This document shows, in pieces, positions 57,390 to 64,000 of a stretch of 64,000 bases of DNA (position 1 is the stretch's first letter; the number at the start of each line of letters is the position of its first letter). Location: the NCBI GenBank assembly GCA_965267575.1, contig OZ254086.1, positions 384,001-448,000 of the forward strand, read 5' to 3'. Source of the DNA: Calditrichales bacterium. GTDB taxonomy: Bacteria > Calditrichota > Calditrichia > Calditrichales > J004. The notes under the pieces are model-generated. The model was not told where the DNA came from and did no database searches. It worked only from the letters and a program-made list of their open reading frames with translations. Position numbers and translations under genes: made by a program.

Positions 57390-59123
57390 TTAAAACATCC
57401 AGTTCAATTCGAGGCCGTAAATTAAGGCATTGTAGCTCTCATTGCCATTAAAAAACGTGGGGTCAATATCAGGATCTTCAATCACTGCTCTGGCCTGCGC
57501 GGTGCTGTAGCGCATGTTGCGGCTGTCCGTTCCGGCGATAGCCTTGAGGGAAATACTGGTATTGAAAAAATACTCCAAAGAAAGCTGCGCATTGATCTGA
57601 TCGTAATCGCTGAGCAAATCATCGGTGCCGCCATTTTGCGCGTCATTCAGTGCATAGTTGGCGGTGGCTTCCATAACCAGCTTACCGCGCATAATATCCC
57701 AGCGGCTGGTTTGGTATACAAAATAGTTCCGATTGTCTTTACCGTCGCTGAGCAACAAGCGCGAATAAACGCCCCCGCCGGATAACGAGAAGGTGCTGAA
57801 ACGCGTGTAAAAGTTGAAGCTGCCAATTACCTGCTCGGTGCCCAGTGGCGCGCCGCCGGCGATTTTGCTGAAGTCATCAAGATCAAGATAGATACCGGAA
57901 ACGGAGAAGCGGTGCAGATCGATGCTGTGCGACAATCTTAATTCGTAGCGGTGCGAGATTTTATCGGTCTTTGTCTCTTCCATCTCTTCGTTAAAAACGC
58001 TGTTACTGAGATCGTCTCTGTAGCCATAAAGAACTGTCGTTTGCGGAAAGGAAGGCCATTGCGCGGTGAGCGACATTTCCGCGCGGCGTGTCTCGGTGGT
58101 CGGTACCTGGTTTATATCATCAAGATTGTCTTCATACTGCTCCAGATCCACACCCAGCAGTAAGCGGCTGTTAAAGCTGTATCCGGTCTGAACGCGGAAA
58201 CCTTGCCGGTCATTCAGCAAAAACGGAAAACCGGCGCTGTAATAATCAAAACCTATGCGTTGATAAAAAGCGACAAAGTTAAAGCCTTTGTATTGAAAAT
58301 CGACGCCGCCCTTATAAGCATTGTCCTCGCTTCCGCCGCCATCCAGCGTATCCTTGGTGCTGAAAAAACCCTCGCCAAACAATTTCAGATTGCGCTTCCA
58401 GACATATACGTCACCGTCCGCGCCGAGTACCGTATTGCTGAGAGGCTCGTTCAGCGATGCACTGATCGAATTCTCATCATCTTTGGCGTAGAGGTAATTC
58501 AATCCGACTTTGTAAAAATCCTGTTCCCCGCTGACCAGGCTGCCGGATGCATAAAAACGGCGGTAAAGTCCGGTACTTTCAAATTGTTTGTATATACCGT
58601 TGAGCCGGTCGCCCTGGTCCAGCTCGCGTTGCGAGATGCCGAAACTGCTGCGGATTTCAAAAAATGCGTCGTTGTTCCACAGCTCATCGAAATAGAGGTG
58701 TACTTTTCCTCCGCGCACTTCCCTGCTTTGAACAAAAAAACCGGAGGGTGAACCCGATTCGTAAAAATCACCAAGAATAATTTCGTGGCGGTCAAAGCGC
58801 AGGCTGAAACTGAGACGGTCTATTGAATTAGGATCTTGCGGATCCAGGCTGTTCCAGGTGTTATTGCGGATGTCGCCCAGCAGGCTCATATCCAGCGTTT
58901 TGGTACGCCCGAAAAGCGCCAGGTTCATGGTTTGCTGAAAACCGGGGATCAATGAGGTTTTGCCGTATTGGTCAGCGTCTATACTGTCCGGTTTTATATC
59001 GGATTGCTCGTCATAATCAACGTTGGTCGATTTAATGGAAATGCGCCCGGTCAGGTCAAAGGTCTTTTGAGCCGACAGAAGTGCAGGTAAGATCAGCAGC
59101 AGGCAGCAGGCTATTTTTTTCAT
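57390..59123 (-). CDS. Predicted large outer-membrane beta-barrel of unknown function
   Basis: Signal peptide; amphipathic strands throughout; C-terminal YGLELNWMF Bam-type signal. Confidence 0.7.
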   Translation of the reverse strand: MKKIACCLLLILPALLSAQKTFDLTGRISIKSTNVDYDEQSDIKPDSIDADQYGKTSLIPGFQQTMNLALFGRTKTLDMSLLGDIRNNTWNSLDPQDPNSIDRLSFSLRFDRHEIILGDFYESGSPSGFFVQSREVRGGKVHLYFDELWNNDAFFEIRSSFGISQRELDQGDRLNGIYKQFESTGLYRRFYASGSLVSGEQDFYKVGLNYLYAKDDENSISASLNEPLSNTVLGADGDVYVWKRNLKLFGEGFFSTKDTLDGGGSEDNAYKGGVDFQYKGFNFVAFYQRIGFDYYSAGFPFLLNDRQGFRVQTGYSFNSRLLLGVDLEQYEDNLDDINQVPTTETRRAEMSLTAQWPSFPQTTVLYGYRDDLSNSVFNEEMEETKTDKISHRYELRLSHSIDLHRFSVSGIYLDLDDFSKIAGGAPLGTEQVIGSFNFYTRFSTFSLSGGGVYSRLLLSDGKDNRNYFVYQTSRWDIMRGKLVMEATANYALNDAQNGGTDDLLSDYDQINAQLSLEYFFNTSISLKAIAGTDSRNMRYSTAQARAVIEDPDIDPTFFNGNESYNALIYGLELNWMF

Positions 59124-59138
59124 CTGTTTCCGTAATAA

Positions 59139-60569
59139 TTAGCGCACGATAATGCGTCTTGAATTGTCACGCGTTATGTTCCCCGCCAGGTCTTCCGCCA
59201 AAAACTGCAGGCGGTTTTCAGAGCGGGTCAGAAAAATCTCCGTTTCAAAAGAACCATCGGAATTGAGCTGTATTTCTTTACCATTCACAAGGAATCGCTT
59301 AATTCCCGATGACGGCTCCGGATCGATGATCACACCGCGTATTATCTGGCGAAACCTTTCCCGGTCATTGCGCTGTCCCGGCGGTGCCGGCGGCTCCAGG
59401 CGTACAAAATTAGGATTGGCCGGTTCGGTGATCGTAATAATCGGTTTGACCGTATCCAGGAAGATCTGCTCGGAGATATTATCGGTATTGTTGGAAAAAT
59501 CGCGTGCTTCAATATTAATAACATTACGGCCTTCGTTCAAAATTACCGTGCGGTTAAAACTTCCGCGGCCTCTAATTTCAGCGATTTCATCACCGTTTAT
59601 GAACACTTTTACCTTGTCCAGCGGGGTTTCATCAAATACGGCGCCGCTAAGGCTGTAATCGCGGCGGTTCAGGTAGCCGGTTACCAAAGGCGTGGATAAA
59701 CGGATCTGCGGCTTACGCGTATTGACCAGAACGCGAACATTCTCGCGCTGAACTTCGCCTTCCATTTCTGCAATCACATCAAAATTATTAACGCCTTCCG
59801 TTACGGGCACATTACCTGTAAAACGACCGCTGGCATCCACTGTAAGCGGCTTGCCTTTGGCTGAAACGCGCGCTCCCGGCGTGGTCCTGCCGTTGATCTG
59901 CATACCGCGTGAGAGGACAACAGGGTCAATCTGGAAAAGCGCCGGCTTGTTGACATTTAAAACCAGTCCGTCCGTCGTCCCGGTTTCTTCGCGGTCCGTG
60001 CTGGAAGGCTGCGTGGGCGATTCGCCCTTGCGCACGATCGTTTCCTGGTTGGCACCAACGCTAACCTCGCCGCCTGTGTCCTTGGAACTAACCGATACCA
60101 TCCCTTCGATAACCCTGACGTTGGTAGTCAGCGCATCATCCACAGCAACCTCAAAGGTGGTTCCGCGCACGGCCACCACTGCGCTGGGGCTTTCCACGGT
60201 ACGGCTTTGGCGACTGCTTACGATCTTTTTAAAACTGGCCCAAAGGCTGCCGGCCCAAAGCGTGAAACTCATATCATCTTCACCGCTTTCCGGCGATTCG
60301 ATTTCCTTCACGTCAAAAATACTGCTCTGGTCAATCTTGATAACCGACCCGTCGGGCATCTCCAGTTCAACCCGTGAATTCAAACCGGTTTTAAGACGAT
60401 CGCCTTCAAAAACCTGGGCATTAAGGCGGGCACGCTGCCAGTTGGTCTGATTGGCTTTCAGATATTGCACATCACCAACCATAAAGCGCACTTTCGCCGA
60501 TTCCTGCGCGAAAAGAGTTGTGGCGGCAAAAAGCAGCAAAAGCGTAAAGGGCATTGTCCTTCTAAGCAT
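59139..60569 (-). CDS. Exported FecR-domain protein with about three Ig-like domains
   Basis: Signal peptide; GDRLKTGLNSRVELEMPDGS, VESPSAVVAVRGTTFEV, VIEGMVSV; repeated L.EG.N...I.A.D..GN Ig pattern. Confidence 0.82.
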   Translation of the reverse strand: MLRRTMPFTLLLLFAATTLFAQESAKVRFMVGDVQYLKANQTNWQRARLNAQVFEGDRLKTGLNSRVELEMPDGSVIKIDQSSIFDVKEIESPESGEDDMSFTLWAGSLWASFKKIVSSRQSRTVESPSAVVAVRGTTFEVAVDDALTTNVRVIEGMVSVSSKDTGGEVSVGANQETIVRKGESPTQPSSTDREETGTTDGLVLNVNKPALFQIDPVVLSRGMQINGRTTPGARVSAKGKPLTVDASGRFTGNVPVTEGVNNFDVIAEMEGEVQRENVRVLVNTRKPQIRLSTPLVTGYLNRRDYSLSGAVFDETPLDKVKVFINGDEIAEIRGRGSFNRTVILNEGRNVINIEARDFSNNTDNISEQIFLDTVKPIITITEPANPNFVRLEPPAPPGQRNDRERFRQIIRGVIIDPEPSSGIKRFLVNGKEIQLNSDGSFETEIFLTRSENRLQFLAEDLAGNITRDNSRRIIVR

Positions 60570-60585
60570 CTTTATTTCCTTAAAA

Positions 60586-63500
60586 TTATCTGATTAAAAC
60601 CATCTTGCGCGAAGCAGTAAACAGCCTGGAGCGCAGGCTGTAAAAATAGACGCCGCTGGCTACCTGTTTTCCGCTGTCGTTTTTTCCATCCCAGGTAATT
60701 TTTGCAGTCCCGCTGGGCTGAACACCGTCCAGCAGCGTTTTAACCTGACGACCCAGAACATCATAAATAACCAGCTTTACGTTTGTTCCGTCGGCAAAAA
60801 AGGGCACATCCAGCAAGATCGTTGTTTGTGGGTTAAAGGGATTCGGGTAATTCTGATGCAGCTCAAAACGGGTTGGAAGCACCTGCGGTTCGAAGGCAGC
60901 ATCAGCACTGGCATACACCTTAAAATGCTGTGTCCCGGCAACGTCATCCAAAATAAAATTCTCACGCTCTTCCATGTTAAACCATTCCCCGCTTTCCAGA
61001 TGATACAGGAAGAAGTACATATTTCCAGCGGGTTTGAGATTTTCCCAGGTCATAACCGCTTCACTCTGCGCATCACCGACTTCCAGAATCAGGTCCCAGA
61101 TATAAGTATCGTCGCGCCCACTGTGCTTCTTTAACAACGTATTATAGATGCGACCGTTTTCGCTCGCAAAAAGACGCATGTTGTTTTCGATTGCCGGCGG
61201 TTCCAGAGATCCGCGCAGGTAAAACGGATAGCTTTCCGGCTGTGTGGTTACCCCGAAAATATTTTCCGTGTCGCTATATTTTCCATCATTTACGGCTATG
61301 CGAATGAGGGCATCCTCTTCCGGGCCGTACGAACCGGGTGCCGTCTTTTCAAGTGCGTCTTCTGAAGAAAGATAAGGTTGCGGATCATACCTCAGCGAAA
61401 GCTGCTGATCGGTTTCCACAAACAGCCAGTAACCAATGTGGTGCAGCATCAGATCATTCGTTACCTGTTCGTAGGGATCCTGCCCCGGAGGTGTGCCGGG
61501 CCGGTAGCGGTAAGTGCCGCCGTTTATCAATCCCTCGTTAAGGGCTTCTTCAAAGCTGTAGGAATTGCCGGCGGCCGTTTCAAACTGCGCGCGGCTCCAG
61601 CGAATCGACCAGGACCAGGGGCTGCCGATCATATTCCAGCCGCGCTGAAGTGCAATCGTGTATGGTTGTTCGCTGTTTAAAAAGTCAAAGCGGGACAAGT
61701 CTATCCGCTTTCGGTCGCGCGTAATTACCCAAAAGGCTTTGCCGGGTTTCAAGGAATCGATTGTCGCGTATTCATACATGCCGTTTTTCCAGAAACGCAG
61801 TTGCGTCTCCACATCCGGCGCGATGTCAACATCCGCAGACGTGACGCTGCGCGGAATCGTTCGCATCTGCCACAGGCGCCGCGCGATATTGAACTGCGAA
61901 GCATCCACGCGGAATTGCCAGGTCTGGCTGTTGGCGCCAAAGCCACCGTTAGCAGCGGTATCAAGCGCTGCCACTTCAAAAAAGTACCTGCCGTCTTCCA
62001 GCGGGAAAAAGTCAACGCCGTTCTGGTTCGTTGTATCCTGTTCTATCCAGGAAACATTATTATTTTCACCAACACGGCCAAAGCGATAGGCGTAGCTTAG
62101 AAGGCGCGTCGGCGTCCCGATACTGCTGAAGGTGCTGTCAAAACCTGTAAAGCGCATACTGGCGGCAGCCTGCAAAACCGTATCAGGTCTAAGGGAAGCA
62201 AAAATTGTCCTCGGCGCCATCAGGTCGCGGTAAGAAACAAACATATTCACGCTTAGTGCCTGCGTGATATCCTGATCTTCCACGGTGGAAAAAAGAACGT
62301 TTGTACTGTAGGTAGTGTCTCTTTCCAGGTCTTCACTGCTGAAACTCAGAAAGAAAACGGCATTCCCACCCACCTCAATTTCTCTCTGCGCCGGCGACAC
62401 CGTCAGCCAGTCCGGGCCGCTAAATTGCTGACGCACGGTAACCGGCAGCGTACCCAGGTTGCTTACCGTAACCGGACGACGCAATGTATCGCCTTGCCCC
62501 AACTGAACGTTCAGGCTGTCGGCCGCAAGGCCAAGGGCCAGGAAATCAAGCCTGCCACGCAGCGATTCCGTGTAAGCAAACGCTCCGCCGCCGGTATCAA
62601 TAAACGCAGCACGATAAAAATAATCACGGCCGAACTGGACCTGCTCATCCGTATAAGTCAGAACCTCTTTGCCAAGGATAGCAAGGATATTGGATGTATC
62701 CGGAGCAAAATCGTTGGTCTCGGATTTAAACAGAACGATACCGCTGCTCAGACTATCTTCCGCGGCAGCCTGCCAGTTAAAAACAATACTGCTGTCCACA
62801 ACCGTGGTCTGGATTTCGGGAACGCTTTCTGGCACAAAGGGTAGGCCAAGGTTGCCGTAAAAACCAATGTCGGAGCGTGAACTGCCGCTGCCATTGGTGA
62901 TCTGCGGGTCACCGGCATCGATCAGCGGCGAGCCCGGCGCCAGTTTGAGGTCGGCAAATCCGTCAATATCACTGCTTTCACCGATGGGATTGTACTGGAA
63001 GACAAAAAGCGGATTGGCATTAATGTTACCCGTTCCCGGTGTTACCCCTTGCGGGGCCTGGGCATTGGCAAAAAAGTTGTTGTACTCCAGCGTCACATTG
63101 CTGGATTGCGCGTCCAGCGGCGCGTTATTGCCCAGCAGGATCGTATTACGCACATCGGCAACAGCACCATTACGGAAAAAGAGCGCGCCGCCTCCAAGCT
63201 GTGCCAGCGAATCATTATTGGCGACAATGCTGTTCAGCACATTTACCTGGCTATCGTTGAAATAGCCGCCGTAGCGTGCGTTATCAAACAGGGCCGTATT
63301 CTCTATATCAAGGCGGGCTTTGTTTCGCGCAATAATACCCGCGCCGGAAAGATTGGTCACCTTAGGCCGGGCATTGGCCAGATAGACAAATTGCATTCCT
63401 GCGTAGCTGTCTTCCACGATTAAGTTGGCAAATAAATTACTGTCCACGGAACTGTAAAAGAGTGTCGCCTCGCTATTATCGCGCAGCGCCAATCCGCCGT

Positions 63501-64000
63501 TTTCTCCGAGTCCGCTCTGCCCGTTACGCGCCAGGCGGCTGTAATTCAGCGTCAGCTGGCTGTTAAAGGATTCAATACCAAAACTGCGGTTGCTGTCGGC
63601 AGAGACATCATTAAATTCTGCCAGCGCGTTTTCCAGCCGTACACCACGGTCATTGGCCGCAAAACGCGATCTTTCAAATATTGCGCCGCTGTTGATGACC
63701 TCGGCGCCCACGTTAAATTCGCGGCTTTCCAGGTCAAACGTGTACAGCGAATCGGTATTTTCTACCGCGAGTCCGCGTGCTTGCGGCAAAATACCGCGGT
63801 TGGCCAGATTGAGATAAGCCAATTGCACATTCGAAGCATTTTTTATATCCACAAGCCCGTCATAAACCAGCGCATCCGGTCCCGGAACCAGGAAAACGGA
63901 ATTGCTGTCTTCGGCGCTTATGGTTATGTCATGGCGGATACGCAGGTTTTCTTCATAAACGCCCGGCCGCACGGAAATAAAATCACCGGGAAAACTGCGT
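60586..64000 (-). CDS. Large T9SS cargo with right-handed beta-helix and FN3/Ig domains (5' end outside the window)
   Basis: Frame is open to the window edge (..PGDFISVRPGVYEE); N/G-rich parallel beta-helix repeats; LAPGSPLIDAGDP, RSDIG; NYPNPFNP...RKMVLIR CTD. Confidence 0.82.
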   Translation of the reverse strand, partial: RSFPGDFISVRPGVYEENLRIRHDITISAEDSNSVFLVPGPDALVYDGLVDIKNASNVQLAYLNLANRGILPQARGLAVENTDSLYTFDLESREFNVGAEVINSGAIFERSRFAANDRGVRLENALAEFNDVSADSNRSFGIESFNSQLTLNYSRLARNGQSGLGENGGLALRDNSEATLFYSSVDSNLFANLIVEDSYAGMQFVYLANARPKVTNLSGAGIIARNKARLDIENTALFDNARYGGYFNDSQVNVLNSIVANNDSLAQLGGGALFFRNGAVADVRNTILLGNNAPLDAQSSNVTLEYNNFFANAQAPQGVTPGTGNINANPLFVFQYNPIGESSDIDGFADLKLAPGSPLIDAGDPQITNGSGSSRSDIGFYGNLGLPFVPESVPEIQTTVVDSSIVFNWQAAAEDSLSSGIVLFKSETNDFAPDTSNILAILGKEVLTYTDEQVQFGRDYFYRAAFIDTGGGAFAYTESLRGRLDFLALGLAADSLNVQLGQGDTLRRPVTVSNLGTLPVTVRQQFSGPDWLTVSPAQREIEVGGNAVFFLSFSSEDLERDTTYSTNVLFSTVEDQDITQALSVNMFVSYRDLMAPRTIFASLRPDTVLQAAASMRFTGFDSTFSSIGTPTRLLSYAYRFGRVGENNNVSWIEQDTTNQNGVDFFPLEDGRYFFEVAALDTAANGGFGANSQTWQFRVDASQFNIARRLWQMRTIPRSVTSADVDIAPDVETQLRFWKNGMYEYATIDSLKPGKAFWVITRDRKRIDLSRFDFLNSEQPYTIALQRGWNMIGSPWSWSIRWSRAQFETAAGNSYSFEEALNEGLINGGTYRYRPGTPPGQDPYEQVTNDLMLHHIGYWLFVETDQQLSLRYDPQPYLSSEDALEKTAPGSYGPEEDALIRIAVNDGKYSDTENIFGVTTQPESYPFYLRGSLEPPAIENNMRLFASENGRIYNTLLKKHSGRDDTYIWDLILEVGDAQSEAVMTWENLKPAGNMYFFLYHLESGEWFNMEERENFILDDVAGTQHFKVYASADAAFEPQVLPTRFELHQNYPNPFNPQTTILLDVPFFADGTNVKLVIYDVLGRQVKTLLDGVQPSGTAKITWDGKNDSGKQVASGVYFYSLRSRLFTASRKMVLIR

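Noticed and set aside
60586-63972. Complete 1128 aa gene starting at 63972
   Set aside because: The frame stays open to the window edge and there is no signal peptide at this start, although the CTD implies one; the gene is 5'-truncated by the window.

Overview
This window is a 64 kb, gene-dense stretch of a diderm bacterial chromosome. About 45 credible CDSs and two tRNAs all lie on the minus strand. FlgD-Ig-type T9SS C-terminal domains, two PorV homologues and a PorU homologue, together with Shine-Dalgarno sites and sigma70-like promoters, suggest a non-Bacteroidota FCB lineage such as Calditrichota (inference only). Housekeeping genes include accA, recG, lolD/lolC-E, lysS, a frameshifted prfB, tilS-hpt-ftsH-folP-cdaA, lpxK, aroK/B/Q, rnhB and comEC. 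Between them sit several envelope and secretion modules. (1) A glycosylation cluster with GT2, a DUF2723/TMEM260-like GT-C enzyme, a flippase-like protein, a DUF4837 lipoprotein, rfbD and a polyprenol-phosphate mannose synthase; many exported proteins here are rich in D-(S/T)-hydrophobic sequons. (2) A T9SS attachment locus with a giant cargo protein, PorU, PorV, an FN3 lipoprotein, a mini-Wza/SLBB protein and two paralogous beta-barrels with coiled-coil tails. (3) A DUF5666-repeat cargo plus lipoprotein behind a sigma54-like promoter. (4) An S8 protease with four PKD repeats. (5) A trio of a beta-helix cargo, a FecR-Ig protein and a beta-barrel. An unexplained ~125 nt highly structured element lies between recG and the GT2 gene. 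I saw no CRISPR array, transposase, integrase, phage gene or rRNA. All family calls are by-eye motif recognition, not database results.
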